From positions 1 to 64,000 of the forward strand of contig OZ242311.1 in the NCBI GenBank assembly GCA_965207885.1: a stretch of 64,000 nucleotides of DNA, given 5' to 3'. The position numbers were made by a program, and so were the translations under genes. This stretch comes from Candidatus Latescibacterota bacterium. Lineage in GTDB: Bacteria > Latescibacterota > UBA2968. Of the stretch, positions 1 through 10,568 are shown in pieces; positions within the stretch are counted from its first letter, which is position 1, and every line of letters begins with the position of its first letter. Under the pieces are notes generated by a model that worked only from the letters and a program-made list of their open reading frames with translations, made no database searches and was not told the origin of the DNA.

Positions 1-769
1 GACATTTTTGATTAACCAAAAGGGCATAATCGCCGCATCGCTTCACCCGGTAGGACTTTCATCTGACATGATCGAAAAGGTCATCGCTGGAGAAAAAATA
101 GAGCTTCCCAAATTGCCAAAACCGAAAACTGTCGAAAACGAAGGCACCGATCCCATCTTCAAAATATCGATTGCACCTACAGAAAAGAGAAAGTGGCCGT
201 CATTCGGTACAGGTAGTTCACAAGGATACAGAAAATTGGACGCAGAAGGCATTACATTGCACCAGGCTTTAAGCTCGGCTTACGATATCCCTAAAACGCG
301 GATTCTGGGTCCAAAGACACTTTTAGACTCGTGGTACACAATCTCAGCCAAATTGCCGAGAGACCAGTTCGATTTGCTACTCCAACAAGCATTGACGACA
401 TCGCTAAAGTTGCGCGTTTCCAACCAGAAAAAATCTGTTGAAGTCTTCGTACTCACGGCAGGCGAAGACAGCGCAGAAAAGTTGAAGCCCACAGTAATGG
501 GTTCATCGAGATCTATGACAAGCGGTGGGCGTGGCAAGATAAAGGCAATGAACGGTGAAATTGGCATGCTGGCAAACTCATTGGAATCCGTTTTAGAGCG
601 TATCGTAGAGGATGGTACTGGGATAGAAGGAAAATACGATTGGGAACTCACCTATGACGAAGACGATCCCAATTCCGTACTCGCGGCTCTGAAAGAACAA
701 CTCGGGTTACAAGTTCGGAAAGAACAGCGGGAGATTGAATTCCTGGTCGTAAATGATACCGATGGTTGA
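1..769 (+). CDS. TIGR03435/DUF3738-like protein, 5'-partial, probably with an N-terminal redoxin domain
   Basis: Frame is open to the window start (TFLINQKGII resembles a TlpA C-terminus). C-terminal 'LERIVEDGTGIEGKYDWEL...ALKEQLGL...EFLVV' is typical of DUF3738. Confidence 0.65.
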   Translation, partial: TFLINQKGIIAASLHPVGLSSDMIEKVIAGEKIELPKLPKPKTVENEGTDPIFKISIAPTEKRKWPSFGTGSSQGYRKLDAEGITLHQALSSAYDIPKTRILGPKTLLDSWYTISAKLPRDQFDLLLQQALTTSLKLRVSNQKKSVEVFVLTAGEDSAEKLKPTVMGSSRSMTSGGRGKIKAMNGEIGMLANSLESVLERIVEDGTGIEGKYDWELTYDEDDPNSVLAALKEQLGLQVRKEQREIEFLVVNDTDG

Positions 770-803
770 TGCAGGTATCCCCCAGACGGAAGGAGAAATC
801 AAA

Positions 804-2027
804 ATGAGACATATTGTGACAAAAATCGCGCAAACCGTCCTCTTTGCGGGAATAGCTCTCTTTACATTTTGCACTTCGACCTTTGCGGATATGGACTGGA
901 AACGCATGAAACGCGACCTCTCTATTCAGGAAAGCATACTCGACCAATTTTTTGACGAAAAAAATGTTTCCACAACCGGTCTTTATATCGAAAACCACGG
1001 CGTCTTGCTCATTGCCCACGGCGGAATAAAATACGGTGAAATAAATAGGCTTCAAGTGCAGGTAATCCGTAAAGACGAAAGCGGTGACATTGCTACACCC
1101 ACTAACTCCTTCAGGGGTACCTGGCGAATATATAAGAGTAGAGACGATAAAAGCAGTGAAAATGAAGACGTCATCTTCAAATTTTCCATGTTCGCAAAGA
1201 AACCAGAAGCCTCAAAAGATCAAAATGAATCCTTAAAAAAACAACTCACTGAATTTTTAGGCACCTATGCAAATGCCATTGGACAACTCAAAGATGACGA
1301 TCGCGTAACCATTCTCTTGAACTCATCAGAACGCGACTTCCACAGCTTTCGATCTCCATCCATAGAATTCATCAGGTCCATCCAATCCGACTCAATACGT
1401 ATCAAAAAACACGTAATGGAGACTTTTAAAAAATCTGAACACTTCAAAAACAGGGCATTCAAAATTACCCGTATCCTCCTCGAAGCCACCGTCACCAAAC
1501 GCGATATCGAAGCATACAACCGGGGGAAAATTGACGAAAAAGCCTTCCGTGATCGAATAACCTTTCGCGAGTACGAACCAGAGCGTGTACGCAGCAACTC
1601 AATCGACATGATGGCCGACATTTTGACCAATACACTCAAAAAGGATACGGATCTCCACTTTCTGAGTGGCACCAAAAGCACGGGTCTCTATCAAAAGGGC
1701 ATAGGCGCACTCTTTCTCGTCTCGCAAAAGGTCGATCCGTTACATCTCGAAACCAGGAACACCGACGCATTCAAAGCCGAGGTCCTGGCAACTCTCGCCT
1801 ACTACAGTGCAACTCTGCGCGGCTTATCACCGGAGGAATCCATCATCGTTCACACCAACCTCACTGGACAGAGCCACTTCAAAATTGGACACAAAGACAA
1901 AACAACCGAGATTAAACTTCCCAGTCGCATCCTCTTTCGCATTGCCAAACGCGACATTGAAGCCTACGCCAGCCAAAAAATCGACCTCGACACATTGAAA
2001 AAAAGAGTTGTAGTTACTGAGATGTGA
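804..2027 (+). CDS. Secreted hypothetical protein with an internally duplicated domain
   Basis: GGAG RBS before ATG 804; signal peptide; two similar halves ending 'KRDIEAY...KID'. Confidence 0.75.
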   Translation: MRHIVTKIAQTVLFAGIALFTFCTSTFADMDWKRMKRDLSIQESILDQFFDEKNVSTTGLYIENHGVLLIAHGGIKYGEINRLQVQVIRKDESGDIATPTNSFRGTWRIYKSRDDKSSENEDVIFKFSMFAKKPEASKDQNESLKKQLTEFLGTYANAIGQLKDDDRVTILLNSSERDFHSFRSPSIEFIRSIQSDSIRIKKHVMETFKKSEHFKNRAFKITRILLEATVTKRDIEAYNRGKIDEKAFRDRITFREYEPERVRSNSIDMMADILTNTLKKDTDLHFLSGTKSTGLYQKGIGALFLVSQKVDPLHLETRNTDAFKAEVLATLAYYSATLRGLSPEESIIVHTNLTGQSHFKIGHKDKTTEIKLPSRILFRIAKRDIEAYASQKIDLDTLKKRVVVTEM

Positions 2028-2048
2028 AACAATAGAAAAACTATAAAC

Positions 2049-2084
2049 AAAAATCCCACCCTGAATGCAGGATGGGATTTTTTT
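2049..2084. terminator. Bidirectional intrinsic terminator
   Basis: AAAAATCCCA...TGGGATTTTTTT between convergent genes. Confidence 0.8.
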
Positions 2085-2103
2085 AATCTCTGATCTACGC
2101 AAC

Positions 2104-2769
2104 TCAATTCCCGCCACCGCCGCGACCACCACGGCCACCCTGACCACCGCGCCCGCCACCGCGACGGCCCTGCTGGCCTCGAGCCTGTCTTGGCGGACCC
2201 GCTTCAATCGTAATATTCACCCGCACCTCATCCCCCAGCACATTGGCAAAATTCGCCCAGCTATTCACGCCAAAATCCGAACACAGCAGCGTTAACTCGG
2301 TCTCAAAACCAGCCAGAGGTGTGCCGCGCTGCGGATGCGTACCAATACCGAGCACCGTCACCGGCATCGTAATACTCTTCATCACGCCGTGCATCGTCAA
2401 ATCTCCCGTCACCAGAATTTTTTCCCCTTCCTTCACAGCCGACGTACTCTTAAACGTAATCGTCGGAAAAGTCTCCACCTCAAAGAAATCTGGTCCGCGC
2501 AAATGATCATCGCGACGCTGATTCCCCGTATCGACACTCCGCGCCTGGATCGTCGTTTCAATCATCGTCTTTTCGGGCGCGGCAGGATCGTAATCAATCG
2601 TGCCACTAAACTGATTAAACCTGCCCGCCGTGCGGCTCACAAAGTGCCGAATCGAAAACCCGACCGACGAATGCGACCGATCAATCTGGTACTTCTCGGC
2701 AAAACCCGTATCCGCCATCACAAGCGATGACACCAGCCCCAAACACAACAAACGTATGACTCTCAACAT
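2104..2769 (-). CDS. YceI family protein with RGG-rich C-terminal tail
   Basis: Signal peptide; 'YQIDRSHSSVGFSIRH', 'SVDTGNQRRDDHLRGPDFF', 'GDLTMHG'. Confidence 0.9.
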   Translation of the reverse strand: MLRVIRLLCLGLVSSLVMADTGFAEKYQIDRSHSSVGFSIRHFVSRTAGRFNQFSGTIDYDPAAPEKTMIETTIQARSVDTGNQRRDDHLRGPDFFEVETFPTITFKSTSAVKEGEKILVTGDLTMHGVMKSITMPVTVLGIGTHPQRGTPLAGFETELTLLCSDFGVNSWANFANVLGDEVRVNITIEAGPPRQARGQQGRRGGGRGGQGGRGGRGGGGN

Positions 2770-2844
2770 TACTACCCTCCTCTAACTTTAGACTCAGCAG
2801 AGTCCTGTGAAAATTACCCCCGGCTCTATATTAACCAAAACATT

Positions 2845-2877
2845 CTGGATCGCGGCTAAAACCATGCCGCGATGACA
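2845..2877. repeat. REP-like palindrome family A, copy 1
   Basis: CTGGATCGCGGC-loop-GCCGCGATGAC; five copies in the window. Confidence 0.8.
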
Positions 2878-2880
2878 AAC

Positions 2881-2934
2881 GGGCGGGCACAGGGCCTGTC
2901 CCGTAGTGCCTTTATACGGGAACTCGCCCCTACG
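2881..2934 (-). repeat. GTAG-type REP-like element family B, copy 1
   Basis: Minus strand starts GTAGGGGCG; nested hairpin CCCGTA..TACGGG; second copy at 48324-48379. Confidence 0.7.
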
Positions 2935-2938
2935 CACT

Positions 2939-5215
2939 TCACACTTCACCCTCCTCTGCCATCACCACCCGCGACGCTGCCAACCCATCGACCCTGGCGA
3001 CCTGTCCAGTCACAGGATCGATCTGCCCAAACGACAACACACCCGTCGGACAACTCTGCACACAGGCCGAACACCGCACGCACTCCGGATCCTCCATAGG
3101 CAAACCCTTATTCGCAAAATTCATCACATCAATACCCTGATGACACACCGACGTACACACACTACACGAAATACACTTCTTCTTATCCGCAAAAATCCGA
3201 AACCGCGAAAACCGCGCATAAACATGCATCAACGCAGCGAGGGGACACGCAAACCGGCACCACATCCGCCCGCTAAAATGCCAGTAAAAACCCACCCCAA
3301 TAATACCCGCCAAAAACAAATCCACAAACCACTGATAATTCAAAAACGTCAGCGGAAACACCAGACCGCCCCAATTCACATCCTTCCCCATAAACAGTCC
3401 CATATACCCCGCATTCACCCAGTGGTCATAAGGCAACAACCAGCCCGCAATACGCAACGCCAGAAGCACAAAAGCCAGAACCAGAATCACCTGCCCCACC
3501 ATATTCATCCGATTCCAAACAGGACCGTGCGGCATCTTCTGCCGGTGCATATCCCCCATCGTCTCTGCCAGTGCCCCGCACGAACAAATCCACCCGCAAT
3601 AAGCCCCCTTGCCCCAGCGCCAGATAATCAGAGGAATCACCACAAAAGTCTGCACCAGACTAATACCCAACCACCACCCCAGCGGCTGGCTCGTAAACAC
3701 ATTCCAGAAAAACAGCGGCCACGCCAGAATAAAGCCCAAACTCCGCCAGTACTCCCGTCCGTGTGCATCCCACTCCGTCGCCGGGAACAACGCATCCGCC
3801 ACAGGCTTTAAAAAAGCCCCATCGGAAAACCAACCATTGTGACCCAGCCACGGCAAAAAAATGTACGGCAACAAAAACAGGGGCACACACTGAATAACCA
3901 TCAGCGTCACCGTCTGCACCGTCACATAAGGCGTCTGCCGTCGATTAATCCTGAGAATCCCAAACCCCACCACACACGCACAATAAGCCAGCGAATAATA
4001 AAAACCCGGCTGCGTCATCGACGTCCACACCGTCCCGAAAAGACCCGACTTATCCTCTGCAGGCATCAAATTAAACGGAAACAGCTCTGCCCCCTTAAAC
4101 CACTCGTAAATCGGAATCCCCGCACCCGTCTTCCAGTGATACACAAACACACACGCCAGCATAACCAGCGCAAAAGACACCCAAGTGCCCACGCGCCATT
4201 CCCCTCTAATCGGCACACCTGACCGCCTAAAAAAATCCAGCGGCGCCTCGCGCCCAATCATCGCAAACACCGCATCATTGGGCATCGCCTCATCACCCTC
4301 ACCCGTCGAAAGCACCACCTCCTGCTCACCAATCGCCTTCACCTCACTCGCCAGCGCCATTCGCAAGTGTTCCCCGCCCGAAAGCACCTCAATCTTCTCC
4401 ACATTCTCGGGCTTGGGGCGACTCAATTCTGCGCGCCGATACGACAGCGTCACCCGCCCACCGGACTCGGCAATCGCAATCGCCGTCTCCAGCGCACTAT
4501 CACCCCCACCGACCACCAGCACATCCTGATCCGCATAATCCTTTGGATCGTGCAACCGGTTCATCACCTTATCCAGATCCTCGCCCGGCACATTTAACTT
4601 TCTAAAATTGCCCGATCGACCAATCGCCACAATCACCCGGTGCGCCAGCAAATCCTCACCCTCGGGAATCACCACCCGCAACACATCCCCTTCCCGCTGC
4701 ACGCACTCCGCCCGCGCAAACACCGGCTCAATATCCGCGGTCCGCTCCTCCAACTCATCCAACAACCGCTCCTTCACATCTGCCCGATCCGAAAACTGCA
4801 AATCACCTGCCGGAACCATATCCGTCGGATACGTGTAAATCGGCTTTGCCTTTGGAAAATTCACCACCGTAGAAAACCGTTCTGACGCCTCCAGCAGCAC
4901 AAAATCCAATCCCCGATTTCGCGCCTCAATACCCGCTGCCATACCAGAAACCCCACCACCAATAATCACCAGATCGCGCACCCCATCCCTATGCGTCCGA
5001 CGCTCAAAACCCGAATCACCCACAATCGTCTGCACTGCCCGCGCCCCCGTATCCGACGAAAACTTCAACAGCGGAATCCCCGTCAAATCCCCCACAATAT
5101 AAAGCCCCGGCACCGCCGTTGACCCATCCTCATTCATCTCTGGCAACTTCTCCACCGTGCCCGAGGGCCACCGCGTGTGCAACCAGTGCATATACCGCTT
5201 CAAAAATCCAAACAT
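2939..5215 (-). CDS. FAD/NAD(P)-dependent TrxB-like oxidoreductase fused to a membrane 4Fe-4S (NapH-like) domain
   Basis: GGGVSG and GGGDSALE Rossmann motifs; TM helices; CGWICSCG, CRFACP and two CxxCxxCxxxC motifs; start at MFGFLKR after GGAG. Confidence 0.85.
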   Translation of the reverse strand: MFGFLKRYMHWLHTRWPSGTVEKLPEMNEDGSTAVPGLYIVGDLTGIPLLKFSSDTGARAVQTIVGDSGFERRTHRDGVRDLVIIGGGVSGMAAGIEARNRGLDFVLLEASERFSTVVNFPKAKPIYTYPTDMVPAGDLQFSDRADVKERLLDELEERTADIEPVFARAECVQREGDVLRVVIPEGEDLLAHRVIVAIGRSGNFRKLNVPGEDLDKVMNRLHDPKDYADQDVLVVGGGDSALETAIAIAESGGRVTLSYRRAELSRPKPENVEKIEVLSGGEHLRMALASEVKAIGEQEVVLSTGEGDEAMPNDAVFAMIGREAPLDFFRRSGVPIRGEWRVGTWVSFALVMLACVFVYHWKTGAGIPIYEWFKGAELFPFNLMPAEDKSGLFGTVWTSMTQPGFYYSLAYCACVVGFGILRINRRQTPYVTVQTVTLMVIQCVPLFLLPYIFLPWLGHNGWFSDGAFLKPVADALFPATEWDAHGREYWRSLGFILAWPLFFWNVFTSQPLGWWLGISLVQTFVVIPLIIWRWGKGAYCGWICSCGALAETMGDMHRQKMPHGPVWNRMNMVGQVILVLAFVLLALRIAGWLLPYDHWVNAGYMGLFMGKDVNWGGLVFPLTFLNYQWFVDLFLAGIIGVGFYWHFSGRMWCRFACPLAALMHVYARFSRFRIFADKKKCISCSVCTSVCHQGIDVMNFANKGLPMEDPECVRCSACVQSCPTGVLSFGQIDPVTGQVARVDGLAASRVVMAEEGEV

Positions 5216-5237
5216 CTTCCCTTCTCCGAAAAAAGCG

Positions 5238-5352
5238 CGAATAGACGAATAGACGAATAGACGAATAGACGAATAGACGAACCCTGCCCAACCACCCAAA
5301 GTCGTTACAAACTCCGTCGTTGATTCGTTGATTCGTTGATTCGCTGATTCGC
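5238..5352. repeat. Inverted octamer-array element, copy 1
   Basis: (CGAATAGA)x5, core CGAACCCTGCCCAACCACCCAAA, spacer, (TGATTCGY)x4. Confidence 0.9.
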
Positions 5353-5401
5353 ACGCACAGAATAATTATGCCAACTCACATCGTCAATTCCAAAATTTGC
5401 G

Positions 5402-6421
5402 TCACCCATAAACATCGTCAATCAACGCGCGGATATACCCAATCGCATACGCCTTCCCGTGCAATCGCGTGTACGCAGAATGTGCAAAACCCGGCGTGTG
5501 ATCCATCATATACGGACCATTGAACCCATTATCGCGATAAACCTCCATCGCGCGCTTCATATCAATATCGCCTTCATCCATAAAAACTTCGACAAACCGC
5601 GGCAACTGACCCTTCACATTGCGGAAATGCACCCACACAATCTTATTATTCGAAGCCATCTCGGCAATTGCATCATAAACACCCTCACCCAGCAACTCCG
5701 TCATACACCCCTGGCAAAATAACATCCCGTTGTGCTCACCCGGCGCAATCTCAAAAAGCGTGCGCCTGAACTGATCCAGCGACGAACAAATCTGTGCAAT
5801 ACCGCCCAGAGGCTCTGGAATCGGCGGATCGTCCGGATGCAGCGCCATACGCACCCCCGCCTTCTCTGCAACGGGAATCACCACCTGCAAAAACGCCTCC
5901 ATATTTGCCCACATCGTCTCTTCTGAAACAGGCGGATCGTATTGCTCTGGCTGATTCTCACTAAAATACGCATAATCAAACGTGCTATATCTCACCCCGC
6001 CGCGACCCGTATCCGAAGGCGTCCGAAAATTCCCCATCGGCTTGAAATTCCAGCCCAAACACGGAATTCCCGCCCTCCCCAGCGACTCCAGCATCTGACA
6101 CCAGAATCCGATCTTCTCATCCCGATCTTCCATAGCCAGCGCAATCTCCTCCCAGCACGGCATAAAAATATTATTCAACCTCATACCATGGGATTCCACC
6201 AACTCCCGCGCCTTCTCAAACGCCTCTGTACAATCCTCCCCCGCGCGAAGCCGTTGTGCCAGCGTCGTATTCGCCACACCCGTACTACTGCGCTTCGCTG
6301 ATTTTGCAGGCGGTCGTCCACCCCGCAACTCGAGATGAATCGAATCCACACTAATCGCCCTGTAAAAACTCAAAATATCATCGTCCAAATTATCGTAATG
6401 AACCTGATCTTGAATATACAT
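5402..6421 (-). CDS. Mannonate dehydratase (UxuA-like) family protein
   Basis: 'PVAEKAGVRMALHPDDPP', 'FCQGC', 'HFRNV', 'DEGDIDM', 'DH.P', 'AIGYIRAL'. Confidence 0.85.
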   Translation of the reverse strand: MYIQDQVHYDNLDDDILSFYRAISVDSIHLELRGGRPPAKSAKRSSTGVANTTLAQRLRAGEDCTEAFEKARELVESHGMRLNNIFMPCWEEIALAMEDRDEKIGFWCQMLESLGRAGIPCLGWNFKPMGNFRTPSDTGRGGVRYSTFDYAYFSENQPEQYDPPVSEETMWANMEAFLQVVIPVAEKAGVRMALHPDDPPIPEPLGGIAQICSSLDQFRRTLFEIAPGEHNGMLFCQGCMTELLGEGVYDAIAEMASNNKIVWVHFRNVKGQLPRFVEVFMDEGDIDMKRAMEVYRDNGFNGPYMMDHTPGFAHSAYTRLHGKAYAIGYIRALIDDVYG

Positions 6422-6467
6422 CTCTCATCGCCTCCTGTATAGCTATCAGTCCCCGCCCAGCCACCCA

Positions 6468-6499
6468 CTGGATTGCGGCTAAAACCCTGCCGCAATGAC
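6468..6499. repeat. REP-like palindrome family A, copy 2
   Basis: TTGCGGC..GCCGCAA compensatory variant; preceded by a solo core CCCCGCCCAGCCACCCA at 6451-6467. Confidence 0.8.
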
Positions 6500-6575
6500 G
6501 GCTCTACAACGCATGTTCCTGACTGCTCCTCACATCCCAATAAACTGCCAAGCAGTTGTAACCGTTCCTTAATTT

Positions 6576-7982
6576 TTAACTCTCAACCTCGGCATCGGAC
6601 ACCCGCCGTTGACCACCTTGCCGTTCTTCTGCATCGACAATCTCGGGAACATACCCTTCAACATCTCGAATATAGCCCAGCAACCGCGCCTTCATTCGGT
6701 CTGCAACCGGACGGTGGCTTTCATAGCCAATCAAATTGCGCAACTCGTACGGATCTGCCTCCAGATCGTAGAGATACGCCTCCTCATAACTCCTCGCACC
6801 CTCTGCACCGGGCGGCACCGCATCGCTTTGGACCGCGTACTTCCATCGCTTTGTGCGAACAGCGCGACCAATACCACTCTCTGAAATCTGCACAAACACA
6901 TCATCCGGCCATGGATCTGCGAGCGAGCGACCACCACCCCCCAAAATGGGAAGCATGGAACGCCCCGACATCTGATCGGGAATCTCCAACCCGGCGCCAT
7001 CCAACAGCGAAGGCGGCAAATCCACCAGACTCACCAACTCGCCCAACGTACCCCCTCCCGTAAACGGACCACCCGTCAACACCGTTGGAACGCGGATAGA
7101 ACTCTCGTGACACGAACGCTTGTATTCCTTATTGCGGGTGCGGAAATGGCAGGCGTGATCAGAAGTGAACAGCACAATCGTATCCTCTAAAAGCCCCAGA
7201 CTCTTCAGTGAATCAAGCAACCGCCCATAAGCCTCATCCAAACGCTTAATCATCCCCCAGTACCCGCCCAAATGCTGCTGTGTACTCCCCCCTGCAGGAA
7301 CCGCGCCGGGATACTCGCCCTCGGCTAAAGGATGCGTGGGCAATCCCGCCAGATCGGGCGGTGTCCAGTACCCGGCATACATCTCGCGATACCCATCCGG
7401 CGGCGGATAATCGTCCAGATGATTCTGGTGATGGGGTTCCAAAAACGAAATAAACAGATAAAAGGGATCGCTCTGATGTTCATCCACATACCGAATCGCC
7501 GCATCGGTCAGCGCATCCACCCGATAACCGGGCAACTTCACCTCCTGATTGTCATGATCGTAAACAACGCAATCATACGTATCAGATGTCCCCTCCAGCG
7601 CATTTGCCGCGAGCCAGTACTGGTACCCACCGCGCGCTTTTACGGGCACAGAACCGCGTCCACTCGTCGCCAGATGCCACTTCCCAATATATCCCGTGTG
7701 ATAACCCGCATCATTAAAACAATGCGCAAGCGTCTTGTGATCCGGATTCAGCGCAACCCCATTGCGATACACACCCGTCTCACTCGCGTACATCCCCGTC
7801 TGCAAACACGCACGCGCCGGACCGCACACGGGCTGGCATGTAAAACTATTGTACACATGTGTCCCGTGCTGCGCCGCGCGATCCAGATTGGGTGTAATAC
7901 CGAGGGGATTGCCATGCGCTGCCATACAATCCCAGCGCTGTTGATCCGTAAAAAAGACAATAACATTTGGTTTGCTATCCAT
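6576..7982 (-). CDS. Sulfatase (Cys-type, formylglycine-dependent)
   Basis: 'PNVIVFFTDQQR', CGPAR (CxPxR), GKWHL, SDH, 'LYDLEADPYE'. Confidence 0.93.
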   Translation of the reverse strand: MDSKPNVIVFFTDQQRWDCMAAHGNPLGITPNLDRAAQHGTHVYNSFTCQPVCGPARACLQTGMYASETGVYRNGVALNPDHKTLAHCFNDAGYHTGYIGKWHLATSGRGSVPVKARGGYQYWLAANALEGTSDTYDCVVYDHDNQEVKLPGYRVDALTDAAIRYVDEHQSDPFYLFISFLEPHHQNHLDDYPPPDGYREMYAGYWTPPDLAGLPTHPLAEGEYPGAVPAGGSTQQHLGGYWGMIKRLDEAYGRLLDSLKSLGLLEDTIVLFTSDHACHFRTRNKEYKRSCHESSIRVPTVLTGGPFTGGGTLGELVSLVDLPPSLLDGAGLEIPDQMSGRSMLPILGGGGRSLADPWPDDVFVQISESGIGRAVRTKRWKYAVQSDAVPPGAEGARSYEEAYLYDLEADPYELRNLIGYESHRPVADRMKARLLGYIRDVEGYVPEIVDAEERQGGQRRVSDAEVES

Positions 7983-8013
7983 AACATCTCCTCTATTTGA
8001 AAAACACCCGACA

Positions 8014-9510
8014 TCATGCACCAGGTGTAATTTTGGGATTATCCATACGCGTACAGCGAATACTCTCCCGCATCAAGCGCGTCAAAAGACCCGCCTTCAC
8101 ATCCCGCGCCTCTGAATGATCCCACAAATTTACTTTCTCGCGTGGATCACTCTCCAGATCCACCAGCACATTATGTCCAATACCCGAAGCATCCACCACA
8201 ATTTTATAGCGCTCTGTGATCAGCGTCCGCATGGACCCCATCTCCACCAAAGCCGCGCGATCGGACATATCCGCACCATCATTTATAAAAGCGCCCAACG
8301 AACGCCCGGGCAACTCAAAACCCTCAACAGCCCAATCCTCGCGCCGAAACCGCATAGCACTTTGATCTATCCCCGCATAATCCAGCACCGTAGGCACAAA
8401 ATCCAGATTACTCACCACATCATCGCAAACACCCGTCCGCCCCCCGGGCACGCGCCAAATATACGGCACGCGCAACAACTCCTCCCACTGATAGGGCGTC
8501 TTATGCCACAAATGGTGTGACCCCAGGTACTCGCCGTGATCTGCGATAAAAGCAACAACCGTATTATCGTACAAACCATTCGCCTGCAAAAAATCAATCG
8601 CGCGACCCACATTATCATCAATATGCGAAATCATACCATAAGTCTGCGCCATCACCTGCCGCAAATCCTCCTCATCGCCATTAAACCATGCGGGACCCAC
8701 TCTCCGCAGCAAACTATCAGAAGCTGGGTCTTCGTCAACAACAAACGTCTCCGGCAGCGTTAAAGACCCGGGGTCATACATCTCACTATAAGGCCTGCAA
8801 GCCACAAACGGATGGTGCGGATCCGGAAAAGAACACCACGCAAAAAAATTTTCACCCGCGCCCAAACCATCTATAAAAGCCATCGTGCGATCTGTAATCC
8901 AGTGATTGTAATGCAACTCAGCCGGAATTTGATCAATCTTCCAGGTCTGATAGCCAAAATTCTGATACGCCGAAAACTGAGCATAGGGAACACATGTTGA
9001 AGGACCGTCTTCCGGATGATCCTTTTGCGCGACATCGGGATATTCTTCTTCCAACCAATTTCGATAATCGCCACAAACGTAATTCACATGTCCACCCACA
9101 TAATCTGTCTCTCCAAAACCGTAATACCCCTCGGGCAAATGGGTCACCTCACCGCTATACCACCGATGTCGGTTCTCCCAAGAATCACCGCCCGAAAAAG
9201 GCTGTAAATGCAACTTACCCGCCGCATGCGTGCGGTACCCCGCTTCGGACAACGCCCCCGTCACAGTCGGCATATCTTCAGACAAACTCATACCATTTTG
9301 TATCAACCCGTGTTGCGAAGGCGTCAATCCGGTAATCAAAGAAGCCCGCGACGGCTGGCACACCGGATGCGAGCAATAATTGCGGCGAAATAAAACGCCA
9401 TCCTGTGCCAGACGATCCAGATTGGGCGTCTGTACATCCGGATGCCCATTGCAACCCATACAATACGCCTGCATCTGATCCACACAAAAAATCAAAAAAT
9501 TCGGTCGCAT
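8014..9510 (-). CDS. Sulfatase (Cys-type, formylglycine-dependent)
   Basis: 'RPNFLIFCVDQ', CQPSR, GKLHL, PDPHHP, ADHGE. Confidence 0.93.
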   Translation of the reverse strand: MRPNFLIFCVDQMQAYCMGCNGHPDVQTPNLDRLAQDGVLFRRNYCSHPVCQPSRASLITGLTPSQHGLIQNGMSLSEDMPTVTGALSEAGYRTHAAGKLHLQPFSGGDSWENRHRWYSGEVTHLPEGYYGFGETDYVGGHVNYVCGDYRNWLEEEYPDVAQKDHPEDGPSTCVPYAQFSAYQNFGYQTWKIDQIPAELHYNHWITDRTMAFIDGLGAGENFFAWCSFPDPHHPFVACRPYSEMYDPGSLTLPETFVVDEDPASDSLLRRVGPAWFNGDEEDLRQVMAQTYGMISHIDDNVGRAIDFLQANGLYDNTVVAFIADHGEYLGSHHLWHKTPYQWEELLRVPYIWRVPGGRTGVCDDVVSNLDFVPTVLDYAGIDQSAMRFRREDWAVEGFELPGRSLGAFINDGADMSDRAALVEMGSMRTLITERYKIVVDASGIGHNVLVDLESDPREKVNLWDHSEARDVKAGLLTRLMRESIRCTRMDNPKITPGA

Positions 9511-9624
9511 ATTATCACTCCATATTGTTATATTCATGCCCGCGCACATACCAATATACGACCAATACAAAAATTTCGCGGTACTATATTAACCCCTACC
9601 CATATCCCTCAAAAGGAGCACACA

Positions 9625-10491
9625 ATGCGACACTTAGTCACCATTCTTTTCACCATCATCTTCCTCGCCCCAACCCATGCAGAAGTAAAACCCTGGGATG
9701 ACGCATTCAAAAAACAATGGTACGCTGGACTCGCGGAAATCACCCGCTATGAACTCAAACAGGCGCAATACCGCGATATTTATGACGGCGACGCCGTACT
9801 CATCTTCGTAACCGAGAACTTTCTCACAGACAAACACGTAAAGCACGAACGCGGCGACGGACCGAGCACCTCCGTACTCAAACTCAACGCCATGCGCCAA
9901 TTTACAACGGGCCTTTATCCCTACTCCATCATGACCTCTGTATTCACACCCGTAGCGCCCGACCAAACGCGCACGCTCAAAGTCACCAGCACAGCCCAGG
10001 AATGGTGCGGACACACCTTTGCCCAGATAAACCATCGCAACGGCAAATACAAAGCCACACTGCGATCGTACTTTCAAAGCGATGGCGACCACGACCTCAC
10101 ATTGCCCAGCGCCATCCTCGAAGACGAAATCTGGACACGCATCCGATTGGCACCCGAGCGCTTGCCCACAGGTGAAATCCAGATCATCCCCGGCATGCTA
10201 TTCCAGCGCCTGACACACACCCTACCCGATATCCAGACCGCCAATGCGGAACTCACCGCAGACGACGAGACCTCGGTTTACACCCTCGCGTACACCTCCA
10301 TTGGCCGCAAACTCGCCATAACCTTTGAAAAAAACTATCCCCACGCCATCCTCGGCTGGGAAGAATCCACGCAACGCCGGGGCCGCTGGACCACGACCAC
10401 AGCGCGCAAAACGCATGCTACGATGATCGACTACTGGAACAAAAACAAAATTGAAGACATCGTCCATCGCGCACAATTGGGCTTAAAATAG
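9625..10491 (+). CDS. Secreted conserved hypothetical protein
   Basis: AAGGAG RBS; signal peptide; 'WYAGLAEITRYEL...VLKLN...TGLYPYSIM...QEWCGH' motifs. Confidence 0.8.
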   Translation: MRHLVTILFTIIFLAPTHAEVKPWDDAFKKQWYAGLAEITRYELKQAQYRDIYDGDAVLIFVTENFLTDKHVKHERGDGPSTSVLKLNAMRQFTTGLYPYSIMTSVFTPVAPDQTRTLKVTSTAQEWCGHTFAQINHRNGKYKATLRSYFQSDGDHDLTLPSAILEDEIWTRIRLAPERLPTGEIQIIPGMLFQRLTHTLPDIQTANAELTADDETSVYTLAYTSIGRKLAITFEKNYPHAILGWEESTQRRGRWTTTTARKTHATMIDYWNKNKIEDIVHRAQLGLK

Positions 10492-10568
10492 TTGTGAATT
10501 TCAAGCGACTTATCTATCTTTAATCGTCTGAAAACCCCATTGAGTTACCAAAAAGCGCAGAGGTTGAG

